Positions 8,609 to 19,609 of a DNA stretch of 64,000 nt are shown one piece after another (position 1 is the stretch's first letter; every line of letters begins with the position of its first letter). Below the pieces are notes generated by a model, which saw nothing but the letters and a program-made list of their open reading frames with translations, was not told the origin of the DNA and did no database searches. Both the position numbers and the translations under genes were made by a program. The DNA lies in the NCBI GenBank assembly GCA_963842195.1, contig CAWJFN010000006.1:6320-70319 (forward strand), given 5' to 3'. Origin of the DNA: an uncultured Acidobacteriaceae bacterium (lineage in GTDB: Bacteria; Acidobacteriota; Terriglobia; Bryobacterales; Bryobacteraceae).

Positions 8609-10957
8609 ATGAAGCACGGGCGCACGATCGCGACACTTGGTTTTATGCCGCTATTCATGGCGCTGGCGTTCGCCGCCGAGCCACCCAGCAGAGTACATGG
8701 GAATTTAGACGACGGCAGCACCTTTGTTCTTTCCGGTAACAAACATCCGCTGGCGCGTGCCGAAGCCGATCAGGGAGAGGTCGATGGATCCCTGGCGCTA
8801 CCCCGGATCACCATTCATTTCCAGCGCACGGCCGAACAGGAGGCGCAGCTTGAACGACTGCTCGCCGAGCAGCAAAACCGTAACAGCGGCAGCTATCATC
8901 ATTGGCTGACGCCCGAGCAGTACGCCGAGCGCTTCGGCGTCAGCAAGTCCGATTTGAAGAAGATTACCTCATGGCTGGAGGCTCAGGGATTCAGAGACGT
9001 CCAGGTGAACCGGAGCCGGACTGCCGTGAGCGTCTCGGGAACTGCGCTCCAGGTTGAAACCGCATTTCGCACATCGATTCATCGATACAGCGTGAATGGC
9101 GAACAGCACTATGCAAACTCCAGCGATCCGGTTCTGCCTCGGGGTCTCGACGGCATGGTGGAGAGTATTCGTGGTCTCACCGACTTCCGCCCGCATCCGA
9201 GAGGCATCGCGCGGCCGCACTTCACTTCGAGTATCACCGGCAATCACTTCGTAACGCCCAACGATTTCGCGACGATCTACAACGTCCAACCTCTCTATAG
9301 CGCGGGTATTGACGGAAGCGGCATCAAAGTAGCAATTGCCGGGCAAGCCGATATTGACGTGACGAATGTCAACACCTTTCGTTCTGCCGCGGGGCTTTCG
9401 GTAAACACTCCGCAGGTAGTGCTGGACGGCACCGATCCCGGTCCCACTACGACGGGTAAGCCGACGGGCGATCAGCAGGAGGCGTATCTTGATCTCGAAT
9501 GGGCGGGCGGTGTCGCGCCGGGAGCAAAAATTCTTTACGTGAACTCGAAGGACGCATTTACGTCCGCACTGTACGCTATCGACAACAATCTGGCGCCGGT
9601 CCTGAGTTTGACGTATGGCAACTGCGAGGCCGATCTGTCCACCGCGTCCATAAGCACCTTGAACTCGGAGTTTCAAAAGGCCAGCGCATTGGGAATCACC
9701 GTCGTGGGAGCATCCGGCGACACCGGCGCGGCGGACTGCGATAGCGGAGGGCCGGGACCGAACTCGACTGCCCCCTCAACTGCTTCACATGGCCTGGCGG
9801 TTGACTTTCCGGCCAGCAGTCCCTATGTGACCGGCGTTGGGGGAACCCAATTCAACGATGCCGGCGGTACCTATTGGAGCTCCACCAACAACACACAGAA
9901 CGGTTCCGCGCTGGGCTACATACCCGAACAGGCATGGAACACCACCGCTACCGATGGACAGCTATCCGCAACCGGCGGCGGTGCGAGTACGGTTTTCGCA
10001 AAACCGGTGTGGCAGGTGGGCACTGGAGTTCCCAACGATGGAGCGCGCGACGTACCAGACGTAGCGCTCGCGTCTTCGCCTTCCTCCGACGAGATTGTCA
10101 TCTGCGCCGGAAATGGCGATTGTGTAAACGGCTTCCGAGCCGCGAATGAGGATCTGGATCCCATCGGCGGGACCTCCGCCGCCACGCCCAGCTTCGCCGG
10201 CATCGTGGCTTTACTCAATCAGTTGTACGGGGAAGCTCAGGGGAGCTTGAACGCTAATCTATACCGGGTCGCCGGCACCTCTACCGACGCCTTCCACGAC
10301 ATCGCGAGCGGCAACAATCAGGTACCCTGCGTGTCGGGATCGCCGGATTGTCCGGCTTCCGGAGTGATGGGCTACGTGGCGGCTGCCGGATACGATCAGA
10401 CTACCGGCTGGGGGTCCCTGGACGCAAACAACTTCGTTAATGAATGGGAGCCTAATTTCCGGCTAACCGCCAGCCCATCCACCATCACTGTGGGATCCGG
10501 CGCATCCGGATCGGTGACCGTAACCCTCGCCTACCTGGGCGGATTCTCGGGAGCCGTGAAGCTCTCCTGCAGCGTCGATAGCGCGCTGACCAACACCACG
10601 TGCTCGGTTCCTGCAACGGCTTCCGCAGCGGGAAATGTAACGTTGACCATCGCCAACAGCGGCACCGCTGGCGTGCTTCCGTTTATCCATTTGCCCGTTC
10701 GTGGCGGGCCGGCGTTGCCCGTCTGTCTGTTGGCGCTCGCCGGGATTCTCGCAGTGTGGTTGCTTCGTGGCCGCAGGCGCTTAGCGCTATGCGGGGCGGC
10801 GGCATTCAGCTTCGCCATCCTGACTGCGTGCGGCGGCGGAAGCAGTAGCAGCACCACTACTCAGACGATTACGCCTGCCGTTACTGCGAATGTCACCATA
10901 ACGGGTGCGAGTGGCGCGATATCGCACTCGGCGACGGTAAGCGTGACGATTCCGTAG
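8609..10957 (+). CDS. secreted S53 (sedolisin/kumamolisin-type) serine-carboxyl peptidase with pro-domain, Ig-like C-terminal domain and hydrophobic tail
   Basis: Signal peptide, pro-kumamolisin activation domain (HHWLTPEQYAERFGVSKSDLKKITSWLEAQGF) and the catalytic Ser motif GGTSAATPSFAG. C-terminal region STITVGSGASGSVTVTL... is followed by hydrophobic segments. Confidence 0.85.
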   Translation: MKHGRTIATLGFMPLFMALAFAAEPPSRVHGNLDDGSTFVLSGNKHPLARAEADQGEVDGSLALPRITIHFQRTAEQEAQLERLLAEQQNRNSGSYHHWLTPEQYAERFGVSKSDLKKITSWLEAQGFRDVQVNRSRTAVSVSGTALQVETAFRTSIHRYSVNGEQHYANSSDPVLPRGLDGMVESIRGLTDFRPHPRGIARPHFTSSITGNHFVTPNDFATIYNVQPLYSAGIDGSGIKVAIAGQADIDVTNVNTFRSAAGLSVNTPQVVLDGTDPGPTTTGKPTGDQQEAYLDLEWAGGVAPGAKILYVNSKDAFTSALYAIDNNLAPVLSLTYGNCEADLSTASISTLNSEFQKASALGITVVGASGDTGAADCDSGGPGPNSTAPSTASHGLAVDFPASSPYVTGVGGTQFNDAGGTYWSSTNNTQNGSALGYIPEQAWNTTATDGQLSATGGGASTVFAKPVWQVGTGVPNDGARDVPDVALASSPSSDEIVICAGNGDCVNGFRAANEDLDPIGGTSAATPSFAGIVALLNQLYGEAQGSLNANLYRVAGTSTDAFHDIASGNNQVPCVSGSPDCPASGVMGYVAAAGYDQTTGWGSLDANNFVNEWEPNFRLTASPSTITVGSGASGSVTVTLAYLGGFSGAVKLSCSVDSALTNTTCSVPATASAAGNVTLTIANSGTAGVLPFIHLPVRGGPALPVCLLALAGILAVWLLRGRRRLALCGAAAFSFAILTACGGGSSSSTTTQTITPAVTANVTITGASGAISHSATVSVTIP

Positions 10958-11002
10958 GGCATGCGCCCCGGACAGGCCGCACCTGCGTTGCCGCTGCCGT
11001 GA

Positions 11003-11692
11003 CTATTGCACCTCGAGCGTCACTGTCACTGTGGCCTGCACGTCGAGAGTACCCGCTTCCACCGGCGTAGCGGTTTTCATGGCCATGGCTTGAGGGGTGA
11101 ACGCGATCGGTCGCGGGCGGCTGGCTTCTGAGACCTGAGCATTCAAGACGCCCACTACTCGAAGATTTAGCGCCTTCGCGATCGCTTCAGCCTGGGAGCG
11201 TGCCTTAGATGCCGCCTCAGCCAGCGCCTGGCCGCGCGGACCCTCATCGTCTTTAAGCAAAAATGCAATCCCGGTAATCTGGTTCGCGCCCGATTGCGTC
11301 GCCCCGTCCAGAATCGCCCCGAGCAGTGACAAATCTTCGACGGTTACGCGAACCGTGTTGCTGACCTGATAGCCAGTGAGTTTGGGTGCCCCACCCTGCG
11401 GATATTGATATTCGGGTGCGATGGAGTAATCACTGGTCGTGACCAGGCCTTTTCCGCCAGCCGATTTTCTTATGCTGCTGAGTACATTCGTGCTTTGTTC
11501 GGCGTTTTGCGCGGCGGCAGCCGCAGCAGTCGACGCTTCAGTCAGCACTCCGATGGATATCTGTGCTCGATCCGGTTTTACACGGACCGTAGCTTCAGCG
11601 GAAGCAGTGATGGTGTGCGGTGGCGGTTGCAATTGGTTCTGCGCAACAGCAGAACTGAAAGCAAACAAGACGATCCATAGAATGCGCCACAT
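11003..11692 (-). CDS. SIMPL / DUF541 family periplasmic protein
   Basis: Signal peptide, then the typical SIMPL pattern (TITASAEATVRVKPDRAQISIGV...GYQVSNTVRVTVEDLSLLGAILD...ALAEAASKARSQAEAIAKAL). Confidence 0.75.
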   Translation of the reverse strand: MWRILWIVLFAFSSAVAQNQLQPPPHTITASAEATVRVKPDRAQISIGVLTEASTAAAAAAQNAEQSTNVLSSIRKSAGGKGLVTTSDYSIAPEYQYPQGGAPKLTGYQVSNTVRVTVEDLSLLGAILDGATQSGANQITGIAFLLKDDEGPRGQALAEAASKARSQAEAIAKALNLRVVGVLNAQVSEASRPRPIAFTPQAMAMKTATPVEAGTLDVQATVTVTLEVQ

Positions 11693-11784
11693 ACGTTTAA
11701 CTTATCAGCGGCGAAAGGGTGGGCCGAAACGTAAAGTACCATGGCTGTTGTCTTATTGCGGGTCCCAATTAGCCTTCCTAACCG

Positions 11785-13386
11785 ATGACACGCCGCACGC
11801 GAAGTTTCCTGCTCGCTGGAGTAGCCACCGTCCTGGTGCTGCTAATAGGCGCGGGTATCGGCGTGGACCGGTACGTCAAGAATCTGTCGCCGCGCACGCG
11901 CGATCGGGTTGTGAAGGCGCTTGAGGACCGGTTCGATGCGGATGTCGAACTCGCCAGACTGGACGTTTCTTTGTTCCCGCAGCCCAGTGTGGTTGGGGCG
12001 GGGCTTACGATCCGGCATAAAGGTTGGGCCGATCCGCATCCGTTGCTCGCTATCGCCCGATTTGACGCGCACGCCAATTTTTGGGATCTGCTGTTTCAGC
12101 ACGACAACGTCGACGTGGTGCGGCTGGAAGGCTTGCAGGTTCATGTTCCTCCGCGCGGCCGTGCTGTGCTGGGCAAGACCTTCGCCGCTAACGAAGAGGT
12201 CGCGACCGATGAACCCGGGCAGGACCAGACCAGGCTGAGCTTCAGCATCGATAGGATCATCGCAGACGGCGCACTACTCGAAATTGAGCCAAAAATCGCG
12301 GGTAAGGATCCGCTGCAGTTCCAAATCCAGAAGCTGTCCTTTTACTCAGTCGCACCCGGTGAGCCGCTGCGCTTCACGGCCAAACTGCAGAACGCGAAGC
12401 CGCCGGGTCTGATCGACAGCGACGGACGTTTTGGGCCCTGGCAGAAGGACGATCCGCGAGCGACGGCGGTATCGGGAAGCTACCGCTTCCAGAACGCTGA
12501 TCTAGGAGTGTTTAAGGGCATCAGCGGAACTCTGTCCTCCCAAGGAAGCTACCAAGGAGTCTTACAGCACATTGAGGTGAGCGGCACAACGGACACTCCT
12601 CAATTTGCGCTGAAGCGGGGCGGCGCACCGGTACACCTCCAGACGAAATTCCATTCCATTGTCAATGGAACGGACGGCGACACCATTCTCGATCCGGTGG
12701 ATGCCACATTTCTGAATTCCGAGTTCTTGTGCCGGGGAGGAATCCTGAAAGAGCACCCGAACGTCGGAAAGACAGTATCGCTCCATGCTGTGACCAAGCA
12801 CGGACGCATGGAAGACATTCTGCTTCTGGTTACAGGCGATCGTACGCCGGTGCTCACGGGGGCTGTGGACTTCAGGAGTTCCATCGTGATCCCTCCCGGT
12901 AAACAGGATGTGATCGATAAGTTGACGCTGGATGGACAGTTTCGAATCACACGGGCGCACTTTACAAGCCCCAAGGTGGAACAGCGGCTCGAGATACTCA
13001 GCGATCGAGCGCGTGGTATTTCGAAGGCAGAAGAAGAAGAGGAACCGCCCCAGACCGTCGCATCCAATTTTTTCGGCAAATACCGCTTGAACCGGGGCAC
13101 GGCTACTTTCTCCACGCTGCAGTTTGAGGTGCCGGGCGCACAAATCAGACTCGCGGGCGATTACAATATCGAGTCGCGCGAAATAGATATGTACGGCGTC
13201 TTCCGCATGCAATCGACATTGGCCGAGACACAGTCGGGCTGGAAACGCTGGCTTCTCAAGCCGATGGATCCGCTTTTCAGGAAAGACGGCGCCGGATTCC
13301 AAGTTCCCCTCAAGTTGAGCGGGAGCCGCGAACACCCAACCGTCTCGGTCGAGATGTTCCACCACCAATTCACTCTGAAACGCTGA
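11785..13386 (+). CDS. AsmA-family (outer-membrane biogenesis-like) protein
   Basis: Single N-terminal TM anchor and a long beta-rich body with AsmA-like N- and C-terminal signatures (...VELARLDVSLFPQPSVVGAGLTI..., ...GFQVPLKLSGSREHPTVSVEM). Confidence 0.55.
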   Translation: MTRRTRSFLLAGVATVLVLLIGAGIGVDRYVKNLSPRTRDRVVKALEDRFDADVELARLDVSLFPQPSVVGAGLTIRHKGWADPHPLLAIARFDAHANFWDLLFQHDNVDVVRLEGLQVHVPPRGRAVLGKTFAANEEVATDEPGQDQTRLSFSIDRIIADGALLEIEPKIAGKDPLQFQIQKLSFYSVAPGEPLRFTAKLQNAKPPGLIDSDGRFGPWQKDDPRATAVSGSYRFQNADLGVFKGISGTLSSQGSYQGVLQHIEVSGTTDTPQFALKRGGAPVHLQTKFHSIVNGTDGDTILDPVDATFLNSEFLCRGGILKEHPNVGKTVSLHAVTKHGRMEDILLLVTGDRTPVLTGAVDFRSSIVIPPGKQDVIDKLTLDGQFRITRAHFTSPKVEQRLEILSDRARGISKAEEEEEPPQTVASNFFGKYRLNRGTATFSTLQFEVPGAQIRLAGDYNIESREIDMYGVFRMQSTLAETQSGWKRWLLKPMDPLFRKDGAGFQVPLKLSGSREHPTVSVEMFHHQFTLKR

Positions 13387-13422
13387 GCGAGTAATTCTCG
13401 GTAAGCGCACACGGTTAAAGAA

Positions 13423-13456
13423 GCGGCACAGGGCGCATGTTGCCCGTTGTGCGCGG
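13423..13456 (+). repeat. palindromic intergenic element, copy A (GCGCACA...TGTGCGC family)
   Basis: gcggcacagggcgcatgttgcccgttgtgcgcgg, near-identical to copy B at 35047. Ends 17 nt before the galM start. Confidence 0.7.
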
Positions 13457-13472
13457 TTTAATAGGAAAGACT

Positions 13473-14723
13473 ATGGACAACACAGTTTTGAGGAGCTCAC
13501 GCAAAACGGTCGCGCTATCGAGCGCGCCAGCCGAGGGACCAGCGGGTTCCTTTCCTGATTGGTGGCGCGCAGCCGCGCCCTTTGCGCTTCGTCGTATCCA
13601 TCCCGCGATGCTCGCCTTTGCGGGGCTGCTCTTTTCAACAGGGATGCTCGCCACTGCCTACGCCGCTCCGGTCAAGGTGCAACCGTGGGGCAAGACGGAC
13701 GGCAAACAGGTGAATCTATACACGCTGAAGAATGCCGCCGGGATGGAGGTCAGGATCACAAACTATGGCGGGACGGTGACATACATCAGTGTTCCGGACC
13801 GTGAGAAGACATTTGGCGATGTGGTGCTCGGGTTTGAGAAGCTGGAAGGCTACACGTCGAAATCGAACACTTCCTACTTCGGGGCGCTGATTGGCCGGTA
13901 CGCAAACCGCATCGGACATGGAACGTTCGTCCTCGACGGCAATACATATCACATTCCCACAAATGAAAACGGCAACACGCTGCACGGAGGCAACAAGGGT
14001 TTCGATAAGCGGGTTTGGGAGGCGCGGGACGTTTCCGCGAGCGGGACGCCGGCACTCGAATTGAAATACGTCAGCCCTGACGGGGAAGAGGGTTTCCCGG
14101 GGACTCTCACCGCGATCGTCAAGTACAGCGTGACCACAAAAAACGAACTGCGCATCGAGTACAGCGCTACGACTGACAAAGACACCGTGCTGAATTTGAC
14201 GAATCACTCATATTTCAATTTGTCCGGGCCGGGTAGCGGAGATGTTCTCGACGACAAAATTATGATCAAGGCGGATAAATACACGCCCGTGAGCAAGGAT
14301 CTTATCCCGACTGGCGCAATCGATCCGGTTGCGGGAACGCCGTTCGACTTTCGTAAACCCGAAGTGATCGGTGCGCGTATCAAGGACAACAACCAGCAGC
14401 TAAAATTTGCCAACGGCTATGACCAGAACTGGGTGTTGGACAGCGGCGGGCATTTACTGTCACTCGCTGCGCGCGTGGAGGATCCCAAGTCCGGCCGCGT
14501 GCTCGAGGTGCTCACGGATCAGCCGGGCATTCAGTTTTACACCGGTAACTTCTTGAACGGTTCGGTCACGGGCGTCGGAGGCGTCTACAAATTTCGCTCG
14601 GCGGTTTGCCTCGAAACCCAGCACTTCCCGGATTCGCCGAATCACCCGAATTTCCCCTCCACGGAGTTGAAACCGGGAGAGAAGTTTCACGCGGTAACCG
14701 TGTATCGGTTCTCGACCGAATAG
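13473..14723 (+). CDS. galM: aldose 1-epimerase (galactose mutarotase), probably exported
   Basis: Motifs NYGGTVTYISVPD, YFGALIGRYANRI, NGNTLHGGNKGFDKRVW, LTNHSYFNL, CLETQHFPDSPN. Start set at the ATG with a GGAAAG RBS, because the ORF-track ATG at 13437 lies inside repeat copy A. RR-containing signal-like N-terminus. Confidence 0.85.
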   Translation: MDNTVLRSSRKTVALSSAPAEGPAGSFPDWWRAAAPFALRRIHPAMLAFAGLLFSTGMLATAYAAPVKVQPWGKTDGKQVNLYTLKNAAGMEVRITNYGGTVTYISVPDREKTFGDVVLGFEKLEGYTSKSNTSYFGALIGRYANRIGHGTFVLDGNTYHIPTNENGNTLHGGNKGFDKRVWEARDVSASGTPALELKYVSPDGEEGFPGTLTAIVKYSVTTKNELRIEYSATTDKDTVLNLTNHSYFNLSGPGSGDVLDDKIMIKADKYTPVSKDLIPTGAIDPVAGTPFDFRKPEVIGARIKDNNQQLKFANGYDQNWVLDSGGHLLSLAARVEDPKSGRVLEVLTDQPGIQFYTGNFLNGSVTGVGGVYKFRSAVCLETQHFPDSPNHPNFPSTELKPGEKFHAVTVYRFSTE

Positions 14724-14841
14724 CCGTCCTATTTGGGGAAGGCTGCCCTGACTCTGTTTCAGCGTATTCAGTCCGAAATCGTCGCCGCAACCATCTCTCG
14801 GCATTTTTCGTTTCGGATGGGTAACGTGCGTCGGCTCCCTG

Positions 14842-15854
14842 ATGATCGCGGTTCTGTTGATTTGGCCGGCAACTGTCATAGCGCAGGAATCCCAGGCTGC
14901 CGCGCAGGCTCAGCAAGGGGTTCAGCAGGCGCAGCGCGGCAATTATCGTGACGCTATCAGCGCCTACCAGCGCGCGATCGCGACGGATCCGCAGCTTGCC
15001 TGGCATTTACCTGGATCTTGGCCTTGCATATTTCAAGCTTGGTAAGTTTCGCGAAGCCGCCGCTGCATTCGAAAAAGAGAATGCAAAGGCTCCGAGCGAG
15101 CGCGTGCAGACCCTACTGGCAATGTCCTATTTCGGGCTTCGACAATATGCAGAAGCGGCCAAGCTCCTGAGGCCGATAGCGAGCGCTCAGCCGCAGAACT
15201 CCGAGTTGGCGTACCTGTTGGCGAAGTGCTACGTCTGGTCGGGCCAAATGCAAGACGCGATGGAGCTGTTCAAAGCATTACTCGAACGCGATCCGGATTC
15301 GGCGGCGGTGCACATGCTGATGGGCGAAGCGCTCGACGCGCAACGTCGGACCGACGAGGCGACACGGGAATTTGAAGCTGCCGCGAAAGCCGCGCCTGCC
15401 CAGCCCGACGTCCATTTCGGACTCGGTTACCTGTATTGGGAGCAGAAGCGCTATGCCAGGACGCGGAGCGCGAGTTTCGGCAGGAGCTTGCGAAAAACCC
15501 GAAGAGCGGCGAAGCGAACGCTTATCTGGGCGACAGCCTCATGAAGACGGGCCAGACGACAGGACGCGACAGCGTACCTGAAGAAGGCGGTTGAGCTAAG
15601 GAACGATCTGCACGTGGCCCACGAGGATCTTGGGAATTTTGTACGCGGACGAAAAGCAGAACGAGAAGGCGGTCGCGGAATTTCGAGTTGCCATTCAAAC
15701 CGATCCCTCCAGCTACGACGCCCATTATCGGCTGGCGCGCTTGTATCGAGAGCTGGGCCGCACAGCGGAAGCGGACAGAGAGTTCGCGACCGTTCAGAAA
15801 CTGCACCAGCAGAAAACAGAAGAGCCGCTGATGAAGATCAGCGGCCCTCGTTAG
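14842..15854 (+). pseudogene. TPR-repeat protein disrupted by at least four frameshifts
   Basis: TPR-like sequence continues across three reading frames (ORFs 14842-15045, 14948-15544, 15614-15889, 15630-15854). Frame changes occur near 14995-15005, 15452-15465, 15555-15575 and 15630-15636. Confidence 0.7.
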
Positions 15855-15872
15855 TTCGACTGGTAACGCGAT

Positions 15873-18800
15873 TTAGAAGATTAATTTAGCGCCAAGCTGG
15901 AATACGCGAGGATCCCAGACGGAAGTCACCTGGCCGAAATTGCTGGACGAGTAACTTGTGCTGATGCCGTTGAATTGCGTGTGATTAAACGTGTTGAATG
16001 TCTCGACACGCAGTTCGAACCGGCTGCCGCGCGCTTCGCTGAATCACGAATTCCTTGAACAGCGAAATGTTCCAGTTGTCGCGTCCCGGGCCGCGCAGAG
16101 CGTTCCTTGCCGAGATTCCCCCACTGGCCCGGAGCTGGGATCAGAGAAGATCGAGGTATTGAACCACTCGCCCGAATTCTGCGGGTAAGTGATCGCCCGT
16201 TGATGTTCGGCCGATTAGTGCCGTTCGCGAGGCCATTACTGCCCTGGCTGCCGCCCAACGTGATGAACAGCGGCAGTCCGGATTCCATCGTAGCGATGCC
16301 GGAGAGTTCCCAGCCGCCAAGCGTGCCGTGCAGCAGGGGACGTTTGGCATTCCTATTAAGAACGGCAGATCGTAGACGAAGTTCACGAACGCGATGTGCG
16401 TCCGGTCGCCTCCGCACGGGCCGTTGTCGTAAGCGCGGTTGTAGGGATCGGAAACGGTCGCAAGGTCGCCTCCGAGATTTGCCGGCCCGTAGCAGGATCG
16501 ATGGCGCGCGAAAGCGTGTAAGCCGCCTGCAGAGTTAAGATTGTTGCGGATCTGCGAGTGCAGTTCGATCTGCAAGCGTTGTAATGACCGTTCTCCGCAT
16601 TTTCCGACAACTGGATGGAGTGGAAGCCGAGATACGGAACCACAGTGTTATAGGCGGTTGTTCCTGCGATCAGGCCGGGCAAAACGCTCGGCGATGGAAG
16701 ATTGATCTCGCGTTATCATTCTGATGCCGGTTCTGGTTTCCTACGTAGGCAATCGAGAGCACCGAGATTCGGAGAGCTGCCGCTGTACGCCTACGCTGTA
16801 CTGATAACTGGCCGGGCTCTTGTAATCGGTGTAAGCCAAGCCCAGTGATGCTGCCCACAGGGATGGGAGCGGTCAGCGGTCGTACCGGAGAGCAGGCTGA
16901 GATTCGGGTTCGACAGAGAAACGTTGTTGAAGCGTGACGCTGGCGCTGAACGGCTGGTTCGGTCCGGCGTTGTACATGTCGTTGCCCTGAATCCGCTCGT
17001 ACATGATGCCGAAACCGCCGCGCACCACGGTTTTGCCGCTGCCCGTCAGGTCGTAAGCGAAGCCGATACGCGGCCCAAAATTCGAGCCAGGAATCTTTCA
17101 CCAGGCCTTTCGGAATGCCGTTTTTGCTCTCAAGTCCGATGCCGTTCAGGTAGAACTGATAACCGCTCAGAATCGGATTGGGGCTGGTACCAAGCCCGGG
17201 GCTCGTCGGGAGAAATGGTGTTCCCGCCGCGATCGGCGAAGATGGGCTGCATTCGCGGGGTTGTACAGGCCGGGATAAAAGTTCGCCATACGATTGTTGG
17301 CTTCGTATGTGTGCGGAATTCCATCCCAGCGCACGCCCAGGTTCAAGCGTCAAACGCGAATTGACTTTCCAGTTGTCCTGGCAAGTAAGCCGCCGGCGAA
17401 ACGTTGTTCCAATAGCCTTTATCCTGCACCGCGAGCTCCGTATAGGAGTTTGAAAGACCTAGCAGAAAATCGGCAAAATCGTTGCCGGTGTATTGCCCAT
17501 TGAAGTTGAACGAGCCCTGAGTGTCGCCGAACAGATCCTGAACCTTCTTATAGAGAGCCCAGCTTGCCCCGAACTTGAACTGATGCGATCCGTGCATCCA
17601 GGAGAGGTCGTCGCGAACTTGATAATCGTCCGCTTTGTTGTGCCAGGGCCAACTGCTGACATCGTAGTTGGTGCCGAGTTGGCCTAACGAAATGGCCGGG
17701 ATGCGATTGAGATTGTTGCCCGGGAAGAGCTCCGGAATGGTCAGACCGCTGGGGCGCTTGTAGATGCCCGCCGGTGTTAGATCGAGAGTATTGCCGTTCT
17801 GGTTATAAGCGATCTCGTTCAGCAAGGTAGGCGTTATGGACATGGTTGCATGGATGACACGCGTGGTAGCCGGGATTGCTGAACGCGTTGCCGACCGTTG
17901 GAACGTTGTCGCCGCTCCACTGTGAAGTACCGTATTGCTGGTTAACCGCCTCCTTGATCCAATGGCCGATAGATCGAGAACTTGTCGGAGAAGCGGTGGT
18001 CGATACGGACGATCTCTTCACGCAAGTCGGTGGGGAGCTTGTTGCCGCCGACAAATTGAGTGCCCGTGCCGTTTGGAGCCGGGAAAATGCCCGTCTGCAG
18101 CAGAAGCTGAGCGTTCGGGTCCAGTAAAGATGCAGGAATCTGATGGAACGTCTGTCCCGGCGTCAGGCCTGCCGCCGTAAATTTGGCCAGAAGGTTAGGG
18201 GCTAGCTGGGACGCGCTCGGAACTGTTAAGTTCGTAGATCCGAAGTTTCCGCCGTACTCACTCGTCGGGGGAACAGTGGTGTTCACATTACCGCCCTGGA
18301 TCAGCTTGCGCCATTCCATGTTGTAAAAGAAGAACGTCTTGTCCTTGTTCTTGTTGTAGAGCTTCGGGATAAAAACGGGACCTCCCACGTTGAAGCCGTA
18401 AGTGTTGAAGCGCAGTTCCGGCGTCGCTACGCCGTTGGCTTTATTAATCGCATTCGCCGCGTCCAGGGCATCGTTGCGGTTGAACTCCCAGGCCGACGCA
18501 TGAAAGTCCTTAGTGCCGGACTTGATGATGATCGTCATGGTTCCGGCCGAAGAGAGGCCGAACTCGGGACTGTAGTTGGAGGTCAACGCGCGGAACTCGG
18601 CAACGGCAGTCCACCGAAGGCATGACGTCCATGCCGCCCGCGCCGCCGCGGTCCGAAGCCTCGCCGCCGTCGATCAGCCACAGGTTGTGGTTTTCACGCA
18701 GGCCATTGAAGCTGACGCCGGCATCGCCGCCGGTCGAGGTGGGGATATTAAGGTCGGATTGGTTGCTGGACGCGCCAGCGGTCAAGGCCGCCAGCGAATA

Positions 18801-19265
18801 GATGCTACGGCCGTTCGTCGCAAGCTGTGTGACCTGCTGTCCGGTGATGACGTCGCTTACTTCCCCGGATTCCGATTGCACAGCCACCGCTGCCGCCTCG
18901 ACGGTCACGCTCTCCTGCGTGCTGCCGACTTCGAGCTTGACGTCGATTTTCTGACGGTCACCCACGTTCAGCGAGATGTTCTTCTGCTCGAACGCTTTAA
19001 ACCCGGTGGCTTCAGCGCGAACAGTGTAATGGCCAATCTGCAGATCCGGAGCGACGAAATCGCCGCTGGAACTGCTGGTGACCTGTCTGGATTGATTGGT
19101 GTCGGTATCCGTGACCGTTATCGCAACGTTCGGAACGACGGCGCCTGACGGGTCTGTGACCGTCCCAACGATCGTTCCGGCCTGCTGGGCTAAGGCTAAC
19201 GCAGCCGTCACCACCAGCAGTGTAAGTAGCGAAAACAGACGAACTCCTGGTCTTCTGTATTTCAC
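15873..19265 (-). pseudogene. CarboxypepD_reg-domain TonB-dependent receptor (~1130 aa) broken by many frameshifts
   Basis: Overlapping minus-strand ORF fragments (18510-19301, 17942-18586, 17803-18054, 17343-17843, 16670-17353, 16383-16682, 16141-16575, 15926-16417) concatenate into one receptor. It runs from signal peptide + GTIVGTVTDPSGAVVPNVAITV to the canonical C-terminus ...FQLGAKLIF. Confidence 0.8.
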
Positions 19266-19609
19266 TTGTGTCTCCCTAAAGCAAATTTGAACGCAGCCCA
19301 AGCGCGCATAAGTTAATGTTCATGGTTGCCTGGAGTGCTTCGCTATTGTACCCCCACCGATACTAGAATCGCAGTACACTACGGAACCCTACGCGAAATA
19401 TGCCTGTTATTTCAATGGCTTGGAAGACGTTACACGGCTAAAACGAACGACGTATAATACGTCTCTGACGGGAAAAATCCAACGTTTGCATGCAAGGGCT
19501 CAGCCTTGCAAGTTCACGGCGGTGCTCGGGTTGCTGCTAGCTGGCACCTCGTCGCCTGCCGGACCGCCTTCCGCCAGCCAACGCCTGCATCAGGTGTCAT
19601 CCACTAGAA

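Noticed and set aside
12562-13410. 282 aa minus-strand ORF.
   Set aside because: It is antisense to the AsmA-like gene and has no motifs. The sense ORF has a coherent TM anchor and AsmA-like termini.
16670-17353. Individual 140-260 aa minus-strand ORFs between 15926 and 19301, considered as separate genes.
   Set aside because: They overlap in different frames, and their translations join into one colinear TonB-dependent receptor. They are called as fragments of a single pseudogene.
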